This document shows positions 7,366-17,723 of a DNA stretch of 64,000 bases, in pieces. Under the pieces are notes generated by a model, which searched no databases, had not been told where the DNA came from, and saw nothing but the letters and a program-made list of their open reading frames with translations. How positions within the stretch are numbered: position 1 is the stretch's first letter; each line of letters begins with the position of its first letter. Source of the DNA: Polyangiales bacterium (lineage in GTDB: Bacteria; Myxococcota_A; Polyangia; Polyangiales; Houyiibacteriaceae); contig JBGCFM010000086.1 of the NCBI GenBank assembly GCA_045106895.1, positions 28,645 to 92,644 on the forward strand. The letters are read 5' to 3'. The position numbers were made by a program, and so were the translations under genes.

Positions 7366-9913
7366 CAAGGGCGCCATCGCGGCGTTTTTCTGCGTTTTTG
7401 GGGTGGTTTCCGCAGCCGCGCAAGAATCCCCGGTACCAGACGCTCCGCCGGCGGAGGTCGAAGCACCTGTGCCCGACTCGCCCACGCCTGGCTCGCCCGA
7501 GGATTCCCCGCCCGAGGCGGCGGAGGAACCAGCGCCGGAAAACGCAGAGGCAGCGCCTGAGCCGGACGGCCCCGAAGACAACGGCGCCGGCGAGCCGCCG
7601 GAAGAAGGGGACGCCGCTGAAGCGCCTCTCGACACGCCCGTCGAAGCGCAACCCACCGAGGATACGCCCGCCGAAGGCGACACTGAATCGGAGGGTGACG
7701 AGGTCTTTAGCGAAGAAGACTGGGACGAAGGCGCCAGCTACGGCTCCTCGCCCCCAGCCGATGCTGCGGCCGAAAGCGAGGTCAGCGATGAGGTGGCGGA
7801 GGCGCAGCCGGAGTCCCTCGAAGCGTCAGGTCACGCCACCGCTTATGTTCGTGACCGTCTGCGTTTCGGTGGAAGCGTCGCGCACATCGGCGCGGAAGAA
7901 CTTGAGACGCTCGAGTATGACGACCCACATTCCGTGCTCCGGGTCAGCGGCGTCTACGTTCGAAACGAAGACGGCTTCGGTCTGCGCCCGAATATCGGCC
8001 TTCGCGGCGGCAACCCCGAACGCTCCCGCCGCGTGACCTTAATGGAGGACGGCGTCCTCTTTGGTCCGGCCCCGTACAGCGCTCCCGCCGCCTACTATTT
8101 TCCGTTGATGACGCGAATGCGAAGCGTCGATGTGTTCAAGGGCCCAGCAGCACTTCTTTACGGCCCGCAGACGATTGGCGGCGCCATCGATTTGGGAACG
8201 CGTCAGGTACCTACGCGCTCGGAAGGGGAAGCGGACCTCTCCTACGGCCTCTTCAACTCGCGAAAGATCCACCTGCATTGGGGTACCTCCAACCGCTGGG
8301 GCGGCTTCTTGATCGAAGCCGTGGATGTCGCCAGTGATGGCTTCAAGGACATCGACGGCACGGAAGCGGACACCGGCTTCTGGCGAAGCGACTTTATGTT
8401 GCGCGGCTTTCTTCAAACGAACCCATCGGAGCGTGTGTTCAACCGCCTTGATCTCAAGCTGGGCTTCCAGCGGGAGACTTCCGACGAGACCTACTTGGGA
8501 TTGAGCGACGCGGATTTCGCCGAAAACGCAACTCGGCGCTACGCCGCCTCCGCGGGTGACCGCATGGAGTGGTGGCGCACTCAGGGCCAACTGACGTGGC
8601 GTCTTGGCGTCGGAGACAACTTTGAGCTCGTCACGGATCTCTATCGCCACGATTTCTATCGCGAGTGGGATCGCCTCGCTGGGTTCGAGGGCGATGTCTC
8701 CCTCCGCGATGTTCTCCTCGCGCCTACCGGCGCGCGAGCCGTCTATTACGATGTGCTTCGCGGAGCGTCGGACAGCGATGTCAATGAGGGCACTCGACTC
8801 GTTCGCGCCAACAACCGACGTCGCTATGTGAGTCAGGGGATTCAATCTCGCGCCCGCGGTCGTTTTCGAACGGGTGTCGTACGGCACGAGGTTGAGCTCG
8901 GCGCTCGCTTCCACCACGACCGCATCGACCGCGACCACCTCGGTTCCATCCACCGCATGGTGAACGGCGACGTGGTTCAAGACGGCGAGTCCGTGGCGAC
9001 GACGGTCAACAGGGGCGAGGCGATGGCGACGAGCGCCTACCTTGTGTACGGCCTCGAAGCTTTCGGTGTGACGCTGCGGCCGGGAATCCGAACGGAGATC
9101 GTTCACACGCGCTTTCGAGAAGACGAAAATCGGCAGAACGAGACCCGAGCAGTCGTTCTCCCCGGGGTCGGACTGACCTACGCGTTCATGCCGACGCTGA
9201 GCGCAGTCGCAGGTGTTCACCGCGGCTTCTCGCCCGTGGCTCCCGGCCAGGCGGAAGAGGTGCAACCGGAGACGAGCGTGGCCTACGAGCTCGGGGCTCG
9301 ATTCCTCGACGAGAGCAAAGGGCGCCTCGTTGAGGCGATCGGGTTCGTCAACGACTACGGCAACCTCCAGGGGCAGTGCGCCTTCGCCACCGGTTGCACG
9401 GAGGACATGCTCGACCAGCAGTTCAACGGTGGAGAGGTTCTCGTGTGGGGTGTCGAGGCCGGCGCGACGTGGAGCTTCGAGTTGACCGATGCGTTCTCCA
9501 TGCCGGCCCGCGTCAGCTACACGTACACGGACTCGAGCTTCCGCACGGACTTTGAGTCCCAGGACCCGACGCTCGGCTCCGTGTCCATCGGCGATCGACT
9601 CCCCTACATCCCTCAGCACCAAGGCCAGCTCCAGGTTGGCCTTGAGCATCCCATGGGCGGTTTTCGTGCCGTGGCGAATTTCGTTGGCGAGATGCGGGAG
9701 AGCGCGGGCCAGGGCGAACCTGACGTACTCGACGTCACGGAGCGTTATGCGACCGTAGACCTTGTCGGTTGGGCCAAGGCCACCGCACGAATCCGTGTGT
9801 ATGGGCGCCTTGAAAACCTGACGAACGCGCAACCTCTGACCTCGCGACGGCCCTTCGGCGCCCGGCCCCTCCGCCCCTTCTCCCTCCAGGTCGGCATTCG
9901 TTTTTCGCTCTAG
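7349..9913 (+). CDS. TonB-dependent receptor (FecA-like, probably iron uptake)
   Basis: Signal peptide, acidic linker, plug motif EDGFGLRPNIGLRG...RVTLMEDG, beta-barrel, C-terminal VGIRFSL. Confidence 0.92.
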   Translation: MKVVFNKGAIAAFFCVFGVVSAAAQESPVPDAPPAEVEAPVPDSPTPGSPEDSPPEAAEEPAPENAEAAPEPDGPEDNGAGEPPEEGDAAEAPLDTPVEAQPTEDTPAEGDTESEGDEVFSEEDWDEGASYGSSPPADAAAESEVSDEVAEAQPESLEASGHATAYVRDRLRFGGSVAHIGAEELETLEYDDPHSVLRVSGVYVRNEDGFGLRPNIGLRGGNPERSRRVTLMEDGVLFGPAPYSAPAAYYFPLMTRMRSVDVFKGPAALLYGPQTIGGAIDLGTRQVPTRSEGEADLSYGLFNSRKIHLHWGTSNRWGGFLIEAVDVASDGFKDIDGTEADTGFWRSDFMLRGFLQTNPSERVFNRLDLKLGFQRETSDETYLGLSDADFAENATRRYAASAGDRMEWWRTQGQLTWRLGVGDNFELVTDLYRHDFYREWDRLAGFEGDVSLRDVLLAPTGARAVYYDVLRGASDSDVNEGTRLVRANNRRRYVSQGIQSRARGRFRTGVVRHEVELGARFHHDRIDRDHLGSIHRMVNGDVVQDGESVATTVNRGEAMATSAYLVYGLEAFGVTLRPGIRTEIVHTRFREDENRQNETRAVVLPGVGLTYAFMPTLSAVAGVHRGFSPVAPGQAEEVQPETSVAYELGARFLDESKGRLVEAIGFVNDYGNLQGQCAFATGCTEDMLDQQFNGGEVLVWGVEAGATWSFELTDAFSMPARVSYTYTDSSFRTDFESQDPTLGSVSIGDRLPYIPQHQGQLQVGLEHPMGGFRAVANFVGEMRESAGQGEPDVLDVTERYATVDLVGWAKATARIRVYGRLENLTNAQPLTSRRPFGARPLRPFSLQVGIRFSL

Positions 9914-9962
9914 AGGCCCCGTGCTGGGTCGACATTCCGTCGCGAGCTGCTACTCGCGATGA

Positions 9963-10853
9963 ATGCTTGAACTTGGAAAAGGATGGAGTTTCCCGGTCGA
10001 CGAGGAGTTCTCGAAGATCTGGCTAACACCAAAGGGGGCTTGGGGACTCAGCATTCGCTGTAAGTCTACAAAAGTGAAAGTGGATGGCGCCTTCGAAGAG
10101 ACATTGTCTCCGCGGCTCATCATCGACGATCTCACGTTCATGGGCTCCCACTGGCAGGACCTCGTGGGGATGGAGATCGCCCAAGAAGGCGCCTGGCACG
10201 GCGACGAAGGCGAGCCGAGCGCGAGCCTTGTCATCGAGCAACGCGGCGACCTTCGGGAGTCCACGATCCGCGTCGTTGGGTGTGAGGGCAAGTACTTCGA
10301 TGTCGAGGTCGACGGCGAGTGCGACATCTTCATCGACGACGACCACGACAAGGACGTTCCTTTCACGCTCAAGACGAAGCTCGTCTTCGAAGGTGTGCAG
10401 TTTCGTTTCCGCGCCGATGGACTCGACAGTCGCGAGCCCGAGCGCAAAGCCATCGAGCTCCTCTCGAAGTACCTCGAACCCGAGGGCTTCATGCCGCCGG
10501 CCGTGGAGTCGCTGACAGAGCCAGGTCTCTACATGGCGAGCTTCGCGCCTCAGGTGAGCGAAGAAGAGGTCAGCGGCGAGACCGAAGTTGAAGTGGAGCT
10601 GAGCCCCGAGATGCGTGTGCTTCACCAGAGCGCCACGGAGCTTCTGCAAGGCATGCAGAAACAAGAGTGGATCGAGGTGGAAGACGGCGGCATCGCAAAG
10701 CTGGTGCCAGGCATGGTCGATGTCCTTGAGCTTGGCGGGCGTGGTTCGCGCCGAGCCGAGCGCGTGAGTGAGTGGTTGATGGATCAGGACGATGTCATCG
10801 ACCTGCACGTCAACGACGAAGACCTCGCGTCGGTTCTCGACAAGTTCTGGTAG
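9963..10853 (+). CDS. Hypothetical acidic cytoplasmic protein
   Basis: 296-aa ORF with coding-like composition filling the gap; no recognised family. Confidence 0.75.
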   Translation: MLELGKGWSFPVDEEFSKIWLTPKGAWGLSIRCKSTKVKVDGAFEETLSPRLIIDDLTFMGSHWQDLVGMEIAQEGAWHGDEGEPSASLVIEQRGDLRESTIRVVGCEGKYFDVEVDGECDIFIDDDHDKDVPFTLKTKLVFEGVQFRFRADGLDSREPERKAIELLSKYLEPEGFMPPAVESLTEPGLYMASFAPQVSEEEVSGETEVEVELSPEMRVLHQSATELLQGMQKQEWIEVEDGGIAKLVPGMVDVLELGGRGSRRAERVSEWLMDQDDVIDLHVNDEDLASVLDKFW

Positions 10854-10889
10854 CCAGAGGTCGCTGACCCTTCGCGGGGAGCGCGGGCG

Positions 10890-12149
10890 CTAGGGGTTGC
10901 CAATAGCGCCATCGCGACCGACAACACGGTTTCGACCTTGGCGTTTTGCCTCGTAGAGGGCCGCATCTGAACGACGCGAGGCGCTGGCGTAGTCGCCGCG
11001 TCCTCCCCAAACAGAGACGCCCAAAGACCCGGTGACGCGCAGGGCTGGGCCGCCTCTTTCGTGTTGGATGAGCAGGCTCTCGAGAGCGCTGCGCACACGT
11101 TCTGCTGTACGGATCGCGCCGTCGAAGGTGGTCTGGGGGAGGAGAAAGACGAACTCCTCGCCTCCGCTGCGAAACGCGCGGTCCGCGCCTCGGAGCTCCG
11201 CGCGAAGGACGGCGGCGGCGGCTCTCAGTACGGCGTCCCCGGCATCATGGCCGTGGGTGTCGTTGACACGTTTGAAGTGATCCAAGTCGAGCGTCGCAAC
11301 GCCGACATCATGACCTTGCCGCGCGAGCTGGGTGACGGCGCGGTCGAGGGCGCGGCGGTTGCCCAGACCCGTGAGCGCGTCCGTTTCGGCCATGGTGTTG
11401 GCGTTGTCGAGGGCGAGCTCAAGGATTCGCTGGTGAGCCTGTGTGTGGCGCAGCATCTCCCCCGCTTCCCCCGCGCGTTGGACTCGTGCGCGGGTCTCCG
11501 AAACGAGGCGACTCGCCTCGCCCATGAGGGATTCTCGGAGCCGCTCAAGTTCGCCCAAGGAGCTCGCCGACGCGAGCTCCGCGTGGGCCTCTTCCAGGCG
11601 CACAAGCGCACCAGGCTCTGGGTCGCTGAGGCTCGCCAAGAGGTGGGCGAGCTCGTTGATGGACGTATGCATGACGTCGCCGCGCTGCCGAAGAAAGAGC
11701 ACGGCAAACGCTAGCCGCTCCATCTCGAGTTCAAAAGCCTCGCATGCTCCTGGGCGCGGGTTCGGACGAGGCGATGTCGAGAGAAGATCCAGCCCCTCAT
11801 CGAGTGCGGCGGCTCCAGTCGCGCGAGCGACGCCCAGCGCGCTCTCCGCCGCGTCGGAGATAATTCGTGAGGGCTCGTCCTCTTCGCTGGCGTTGTCTGC
11901 GCAGCTCTCATGACTGAGGCGAACCTGAAGCGACTGAATCTCCATCGCGAGCTCGGAGGTCTCGTCTGCGTCCGTGGCGCGGAGTACACGAAGCCTGAGT
12001 GAGCGGACTTCGTCTTCATCGAGTCCGCCGACGGAGTCGATGCGCGAGACTCGTTCAAGGAGCGAGAGAAGGTGCCCAAGAGCCTGCTTTGAGTCCAGAT
12101 CAGCAACCGGGTCCTTTTGAAGCCCACGTGGCCTTCTTAGCCGGATCAA
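10890..12149 (-). CDS. Diguanylate cyclase (GGDEF) with a helical N-terminus; start uncertain
   Basis: TDALTGLGNRR, DLDHFKRVNDTHGHDAGD, RGAD I-site, GGEEF, ALYEAKRQGRNR. The ORF-track N-terminus overlaps the next gene, so the in-frame TTG at 12149 was used. Confidence 0.88.
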   Translation of the reverse strand: MIRLRRPRGLQKDPVADLDSKQALGHLLSLLERVSRIDSVGGLDEDEVRSLRLRVLRATDADETSELAMEIQSLQVRLSHESCADNASEEDEPSRIISDAAESALGVARATGAAALDEGLDLLSTSPRPNPRPGACEAFELEMERLAFAVLFLRQRGDVMHTSINELAHLLASLSDPEPGALVRLEEAHAELASASSLGELERLRESLMGEASRLVSETRARVQRAGEAGEMLRHTQAHQRILELALDNANTMAETDALTGLGNRRALDRAVTQLARQGHDVGVATLDLDHFKRVNDTHGHDAGDAVLRAAAAVLRAELRGADRAFRSGGEEFVFLLPQTTFDGAIRTAERVRSALESLLIQHERGGPALRVTGSLGVSVWGGRGDYASASRRSDAALYEAKRQGRNRVVGRDGAIGNP

Positions 12150-12220
12150 GGCGCGTGCACCTGTTGCGATAGCGGAGCCATGTACTGGAGTACGGCGGCT
12201 CGGCGAGGGTCTTGAGCGGG

Positions 12221-13060
12221 CTATTCTAGCTGCCGCAGTAGGCTGTCGAGCTGACCCTCGTATCCTTGACCGAAGAGTAAGAGGTGCACGAGGACCGGGT
12301 AGAGTTGATAGACGACGCGGCGGACGGAGCGGCCTGTGCGGGGAGGACTCCCCTCGTCGTAGGCGTCGAACACGCGTGGGGAGAAACCACCGAAGAGATG
12401 CATCATGCCAAGGTCGACCTCCGGGTCGCCGTAGTATGCGGACGGGTCGACGAGGCATGGATCACCGTCGCGCCCGGTGTGGACGTTGCCGCTCCACAGA
12501 TCCCCATGCAAAAGCGCGATGGGTGCGTCTTCGAGGAGCGAACGGACCCGAGGCCGAAGCGCGTCGAATCGGAGGCGCCAGGTTGCGTCGAGGCCGCTAC
12601 GTTCGAAGAGGCTCTGAAGACGTCGCAGGTAGAAGGTTGTCCAGTCCGTCTGGTCGTTGTCGATGTCGAGGGTGGCGATGAAACCGCGCCGCCGCTCGCA
12701 TCCCGCGAGTTCCGAGCGAACTTGATGCAGCGCAGCGAGTCCGTGGCCCAAGGCTTCGTCGTGCTCTTCGCTTGGCGCGCCGGCGCCGAGGTCTTCGAGC
12801 AGGAGAAAGTCACGGTGCTGGGCGAGCATAGCCGGCACGTGGAGCGGGCCCGAGCGAAGTAACCCGAGCCCATGGACTTCGCTCGCGAACATTCCCTCTG
12901 GAGCGTTTGGGTTCACTTTGGCAAAGACAGTCTCGCCCGACGAGAGACGCAGGCGAAAAGCGTCGTTGATGTCTCCACCGCGGACCGGCGTCGCCGCGGA
13001 TATTTCTTCAGAGAGTGCCGACTCGATGGCTGCCCGAAGGCCTCCTTGGAGAGGCGTCAC
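12221..13060 (-). CDS. Fructosamine/ketosamine kinase family protein
   Basis: GGDIN, FAKVN, LLHGDLWSGN, DPSAYYGDPEVDL. Confidence 0.92.
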   Translation of the reverse strand: MTPLQGGLRAAIESALSEEISAATPVRGGDINDAFRLRLSSGETVFAKVNPNAPEGMFASEVHGLGLLRSGPLHVPAMLAQHRDFLLLEDLGAGAPSEEHDEALGHGLAALHQVRSELAGCERRRGFIATLDIDNDQTDWTTFYLRRLQSLFERSGLDATWRLRFDALRPRVRSLLEDAPIALLHGDLWSGNVHTGRDGDPCLVDPSAYYGDPEVDLGMMHLFGGFSPRVFDAYDEGSPPRTGRSVRRVVYQLYPVLVHLLLFGQGYEGQLDSLLRQLE

Positions 13061-13530
13061 AGATCGCCGTGGGCGCTCATGTGCTCAAGCAGCCCGATGC
13101 AGGCGGACTCGCACAGATCGAGAACGTGTTCGAAGCCGGTCGCGCCGCCGTAGTAGGGGTCGGGCACATCCTGTCCCTGATGTTCCGCGCTGAAATCGAG
13201 GAAGAGCTTTACCTTTGCGCGCTGGGCTTCGTCGCTCGTGAGACCGAGGAGGTCCTTTTGATTCGAAGCGTCGAGGGCAAGCACATAGTCGAAGCGTTTG
13301 AAGTCCGCGGCTCGAAAGTGCTGCGCTTGTCCGTCGATGTTGACGGCACGCGACGCCGCCGCTGCGCGAGCGCGTGGATCTGGGCGCTCCCCGACATGCC
13401 ACCCGCTCGTTCCGGCGCTTTCGACGTGGACGGAATCGATGCCTCTGTCTTCAAGCAAGCTGCGCATCATGCCTTCGGCGGTGGGGCTGCGGCAGATGTT
13501 CCCCAGGCATACAAAGCAAACTCGAACCAT
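13057..13530 (-). CDS. Low-molecular-weight protein tyrosine phosphatase
   Basis: VCLGNICRSP P-loop and VPDPYYG. Confidence 0.95.
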   Translation of the reverse strand: MVRVCFVCLGNICRSPTAEGMMRSLLEDRGIDSVHVESAGTSGWHVGERPDPRARAAAASRAVNIDGQAQHFRAADFKRFDYVLALDASNQKDLLGLTSDEAQRAKVKLFLDFSAEHQGQDVPDPYYGGATGFEHVLDLCESACIGLLEHMSAHGDL

Positions 13531-13535
13531 CGTCT

Positions 13536-15041
13536 CTACTCCGTGATGTGGACGCGGCTAGCGCGGAAGCCGGTGCGGTCGGTGGACACCGCGTGCCAGC
13601 CGTCAGGAATGCGAGGCCACGTCTCCTGGAACACACGATGCGCGTCCGCCGGCGCGAGGTTCACGCAACCGTGAGAACGGGGGAGACCGAAACGGTGATG
13701 CCAGAAGGCCGTATGGAGCGCGAAGCTGCCCTCGAAGTACTGCGTCCAAGGAACGTCTTGAATGCGGTAGGCGTCATCACCCGCCTCGGGGCCGAGGTTC
13801 GCCATCGTGTCCGTGATGGACTTCTTGTGGATCGTAAAGGTGCCGGTGGGCGTGTCGTGGCCATCGATGCCAGTCGAGACAAGCGTCGCGTAGACAGGTG
13901 TCTCGCCGCGATAGATCACAAGACTCTGGGACGAGATGTCGACGTGGATCCAAGGCTCCCCTTCTTCGATTTCAAAGGGGACCTCGATGGCCTCGATGAT
14001 GCTCACGAACCAGTCCCGTAGATATCGAGGGCCGTCGTAGGCATCGCTCTCAAGGTGGTGGTAGAAGTGGTCGCCGATGCGAATGCGATCGACGTAGTTC
14101 GCGACAAGCTCCTGGCGGGGCAGGACCTCCGCCTCTTCGTCACGCGGAAAGCGATGCGTTCCATCAGAGCGTTCGATGTGAATCATCGGGCGAGCGTCCC
14201 GCAGAAGGTATTGGAGTGGCAGCGAGTGCTCCTCGCCCAGCTCGATGCCGTGGAACTCTGTGCCCGTGCGCGGGTCGAGGTGCGCGACCTTGACGAAGCC
14301 GCCGCCGGTTGTTCGCGCGAAACGACGTCTGCTTCGCTCTTGAACGTCCGTCGAGGCGATGAAGAAGTTCCGGTTGAGGAAGCGCGCGATGGCCGCGTGT
14401 CGGCGCGATGAGGGACCCATTTCGCCGGCGAGAAAACGAGCGGCGCGGCGCTCGTGGTCGGCGTCGAGGTACTCGAGGTATTGGTTCCCGTATGCGGCGG
14501 CGGCGCGCTGCTGATCGCGCGATGGCAACTGGTGATATTCCGGAGTCATCCGGTCTTTCACCATGTAGTAGTTGTAAGGCAGCACCGCGTCGCGATTGGC
14601 GGGCGGGACGAGCCCTTCGACTTCGGGTGGGGTTTCACCGACTTCGATGCCTTGTCCGGCGCACGCGTATCCGCGAGGGGCGAGATTGTACCACCCGCTG
14701 GCGCAGTTGGAGGTGGTCGTTGGGTCCGACGCGAGCCGAAGGCGTTCACCCCAGCGCAGCCAGCCGATGACGGGGGCTTCCGGGTCGGCTTCCGCGCGCA
14801 CGGTGAGGCTGGTGCGGGTCACAAGTCCATGGAGTGGAAACTCGCGGTCCAGAGCGGCCTCGCGCGCCGCCCGCGTCGCTTCGTCGGCGGCGGCCTCAGA
14901 GACGTTCTCAAGGTCCTCCATCGAAGGTCCTTCGTTCTCGATGGTCACCTCTTCGCCGCCTTCTTCTTCGCCCCCGCAGGCAGCAAGAAGGGTGACTAGA
15001 ACCAGGATATATGTCTTAGGCCAGCTCACGGCGGTGAACAT
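13536..15041 (-). CDS. L,D-transpeptidase family lipoprotein (YkuD, SH3-like N-terminal domain)
   Basis: Lipobox LAAC; ALHTAFWH and SHGCVN catalytic motifs. Confidence 0.9.
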   Translation of the reverse strand: MFTAVSWPKTYILVLVTLLAACGGEEEGGEEVTIENEGPSMEDLENVSEAAADEATRAAREAALDREFPLHGLVTRTSLTVRAEADPEAPVIGWLRWGERLRLASDPTTTSNCASGWYNLAPRGYACAGQGIEVGETPPEVEGLVPPANRDAVLPYNYYMVKDRMTPEYHQLPSRDQQRAAAAYGNQYLEYLDADHERRAARFLAGEMGPSSRRHAAIARFLNRNFFIASTDVQERSRRRFARTTGGGFVKVAHLDPRTGTEFHGIELGEEHSLPLQYLLRDARPMIHIERSDGTHRFPRDEEAEVLPRQELVANYVDRIRIGDHFYHHLESDAYDGPRYLRDWFVSIIEAIEVPFEIEEGEPWIHVDISSQSLVIYRGETPVYATLVSTGIDGHDTPTGTFTIHKKSITDTMANLGPEAGDDAYRIQDVPWTQYFEGSFALHTAFWHHRFGLPRSHGCVNLAPADAHRVFQETWPRIPDGWHAVSTDRTGFRASRVHITE

Positions 15042-15082
15042 GAAGGGGTGATGCAGTTCGTGCAATCGCAGCGGTGTTTCCG

Positions 15083-17554
15083 CTATTCATGGTCCGAGAC
15101 GTCACCAAAACCCGTCTCCATTCCTTCGGAGTCGGCTTTCGGGGCTGGCACCGTCGAGGTTTCAGGGAGCGTGGGGGCCGTTCGATTCTCGCTTGGGGTC
15201 TCCGGCTCAGGCTCAGGCTCGATGCTCTGCTCGCCAGAGTCCACGTTCTGTTCGCCAGAGCTCGCGTTCTGTTCGCCGGACTGGGGAGCTGTCGCGGCAT
15301 CTGCGGCGGGCTTATTTGGCGTGTCGTCGAAGAGCACCGGCTCTCCTTCAAAGCTGCGCGCGGAGTGCACCATGAGGGCCGTCGGCAGAGAGCTCAGCAT
15401 CGAGTTCATGCGAGCGAAGAAGAGCTGGAGATCGCTCCCTTCGTCAGGAAGGCGCAGACCCACGATGGCGAGGTCTGCCTCGCTGCTCTCGACACGCATG
15501 ATGTCGGAGATGGCGCGCTCGCCGCGCAAGAGCACACGTGGGGTCGCTTCGAGTCGAGCCGCTTCGAGCACTTTGCGGAGGGCCTCTTCTGCAGCGGCTT
15601 GCTCGGCGGGGTCCGCAACGACGGTCAGTACCTCCACCTTGGCACCACGCCACTCGCCGTGCGCGGTGATCAAAAACGCGAGGAGCAGCATGAGCCCGCC
15701 GTTGCCTTCAAGGCCGCCCCACCAGACGTGCACCAAGCGCGCGTCGCCGAAGCTACGCTCTTCGTTGTAGTGCATCAGGAGGAGCGAGCGGTCGAGGGCC
15801 GACAGATCGCGACACATATGAAAGTAGGCTTCGAGGCGGCCGCGTTTTCGTGGCCACCCGGCGAGGACCGTGTTGCTCTCAAAATTGCCCATGCCGTAGC
15901 TCTGGGTGACCTGGACGGTGCCTTCGTAGACATCATCGACGATGTCGACGCGGTAGAAAACGTTCGGAAAGAACTCCGTCATCTTTTCTTCGAAGGCAGC
16001 GAAGAGTTTCTTTCGTTGGTCGGCGAGGTTGACGACCTTTCCTCGGAGGAGGTGGAAGTAGGTCACGACGCCGCGGTTCTGCACGATGGCGTTGCCGATA
16101 TGCAGAAGGTGAGGGCGCTTATTGGGGTCGCCGCCGGCGATGAGAAGATTGGGGCGCCAGTTGAGCGGGTGATACTCGGCGCGACGTAGACGCTGCAGCG
16201 CGAAGCGAACGACGGCGGACCAGATCCCGTGGCGGGAATCACCCCACGTCGTGCCGATATCGCGCCGTGACGCGACGAGGAAAATGAGCCCCGAGAACAC
16301 CGTCGCCGCCAGCATCGCTGGGAGATCGATGATGCTCATCACGTAGAAACAGCCAGCGCCGCCGGCGAGGCTGACGATCCACGGGGTCTTGAAGCTTGGG
16401 CGGAAGCTCGGGCTACCGGCCCACCCTTGGAGGCCACACGCGAGGTTGGTGAACCCATATGTGGCCAGGAAGAACATGGTCAGAACCGGCGCGATCGCGT
16501 CGAGGCTGCCCAAGAAAATGCCCGCCTGAGAGAGGGCGAAGGTCAACATGGTGCCGATGCGCGGCTCGTTGTTGGGACCGCTCGTCTTTGCGAGGAGGCC
16601 CGGCGCGAGACCGTCCATGGCGAGGGCTTGGAGAGTACGCGGCGCCGTCATGATGCTGCCGAGGGCGCTCGAGAGCGTCGCGCCCCAGACGCCTAGGTAG
16701 ATGAGCTGCGGGATCGACGACACGGACCAAACCACTTCGGGGTCGGTGATAAGCCGCGTATTGTCGTAGTTCAGCGAGAGCCACACAGGGAACGCGAGAT
16801 AGACGACGAGCCCCACGACGATGGCCCAGAGCGTTCCTTTCGGAAGCGACTCGCGCGCGTTGGCCAAGTCGCCGCTCATGCCGACGCCGGCCATGATGCC
16901 GGTGACCGCTGGGAAGAAGATGGCGAACACGGTTCCGAAGGACTCGGCGTCCGGGCCGTCGTTGAACCAAGTGATCTCCCGTGGGAACTCGCTGCTCGTA
17001 CCGCTAAAGAAGCTCACCAGCGAAAGCGCGATACACGCCATGACGACGTACTGCGCTTTGATCGCGAGGTCTGCGCTCTTCATGGAGAGCATCGTCAGTA
17101 GAATGTTGACGATGGTGCTGATGAGCAGTGGATCGAAGATGCCTTGCCACTCTTCGGGGATCAGCGGCATCAACGCGCCCGTGAACCCAACAATGTAGAA
17201 CGTGACGCTGAGCGCCTGTGCGAAGAAGAGTGGGATGCCGATGGCGGCACCCGCCGGCGCGCCGAGGCTCCTCGAGATCATGAAGTAGGCGCCGCCCGCG
17301 CCTACGGTTCGGTTCGTGGAAATGCTCGCGACTGAGAGGCCCGTCGAAAACGAGATCAGATGCGCCACGATGACGATGAGGAGCATCCCTCCGAGCCCGG
17401 CCTGCCCCGTCGCGCGGCCGACGAGGAGGTACATGACGACGCCTAAGATCGTCAGGATGCTGGGTGTGAAGACACCGGCGAAGGTGCCGAAGCGACCCGC
17501 GGGGGCCGCGGCGTCGTCGGGTTCTTCGGGTATGAGAACGGGGGTGTCACTCAT
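15083..17554 (-). CDS. Cation-chloride cotransporter (SLC12/CCC, APC superfamily)
   Basis: GVFTPSILTILGV, GGAYFMISRSLG, FAIFFPAVTGIMAG, APRTLQALAMD, SPSFRPSF, NWRPNLL; large cytosolic C-terminal domain. Confidence 0.88.
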   Translation of the reverse strand: MSDTPVLIPEEPDDAAAPAGRFGTFAGVFTPSILTILGVVMYLLVGRATGQAGLGGMLLIVIVAHLISFSTGLSVASISTNRTVGAGGAYFMISRSLGAPAGAAIGIPLFFAQALSVTFYIVGFTGALMPLIPEEWQGIFDPLLISTIVNILLTMLSMKSADLAIKAQYVVMACIALSLVSFFSGTSSEFPREITWFNDGPDAESFGTVFAIFFPAVTGIMAGVGMSGDLANARESLPKGTLWAIVVGLVVYLAFPVWLSLNYDNTRLITDPEVVWSVSSIPQLIYLGVWGATLSSALGSIMTAPRTLQALAMDGLAPGLLAKTSGPNNEPRIGTMLTFALSQAGIFLGSLDAIAPVLTMFFLATYGFTNLACGLQGWAGSPSFRPSFKTPWIVSLAGGAGCFYVMSIIDLPAMLAATVFSGLIFLVASRRDIGTTWGDSRHGIWSAVVRFALQRLRRAEYHPLNWRPNLLIAGGDPNKRPHLLHIGNAIVQNRGVVTYFHLLRGKVVNLADQRKKLFAAFEEKMTEFFPNVFYRVDIVDDVYEGTVQVTQSYGMGNFESNTVLAGWPRKRGRLEAYFHMCRDLSALDRSLLLMHYNEERSFGDARLVHVWWGGLEGNGGLMLLLAFLITAHGEWRGAKVEVLTVVADPAEQAAAEEALRKVLEAARLEATPRVLLRGERAISDIMRVESSEADLAIVGLRLPDEGSDLQLFFARMNSMLSSLPTALMVHSARSFEGEPVLFDDTPNKPAADAATAPQSGEQNASSGEQNVDSGEQSIEPEPEPETPSENRTAPTLPETSTVPAPKADSEGMETGFGDVSDHE
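15218..15280. repeat. 3 x 21-bp tandem repeat (SGEQxxx) in the transporter C-tail
   Basis: SGEQNAS-SGEQNVD-SGEQSIE. Confidence 0.75.
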
Positions 17555-17723
17555 GGGGGACCAAGGTGCGACCGTCGCACACCCGTCCTCAGGCGCAACC
17601 CCGGCTGCGACACATTGGCACAAATCGTTCGGAAACTGTTGACGCCGGCTGCCGCGAGCGTTCCACTATCGAGCGGGCTGTGAGACGCTGCCCAGACTAG
17701 CAAAGACACGAGGAGAGCGGACT

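Noticed and set aside
8039..9832. 597-aa minus-strand ORF, and similar long ORFs at 24545-26593, 15074-16189, 40995-42182, 48699-49682 and 50963-52210
   Set aside because: Antisense shadows of well-supported genes, expected from high-GC codon bias; no motifs.
17616..17631. TGGCACAAATCGTTC as a sigma54 promoter
   Set aside because: It has TC instead of the conserved GC at -12.
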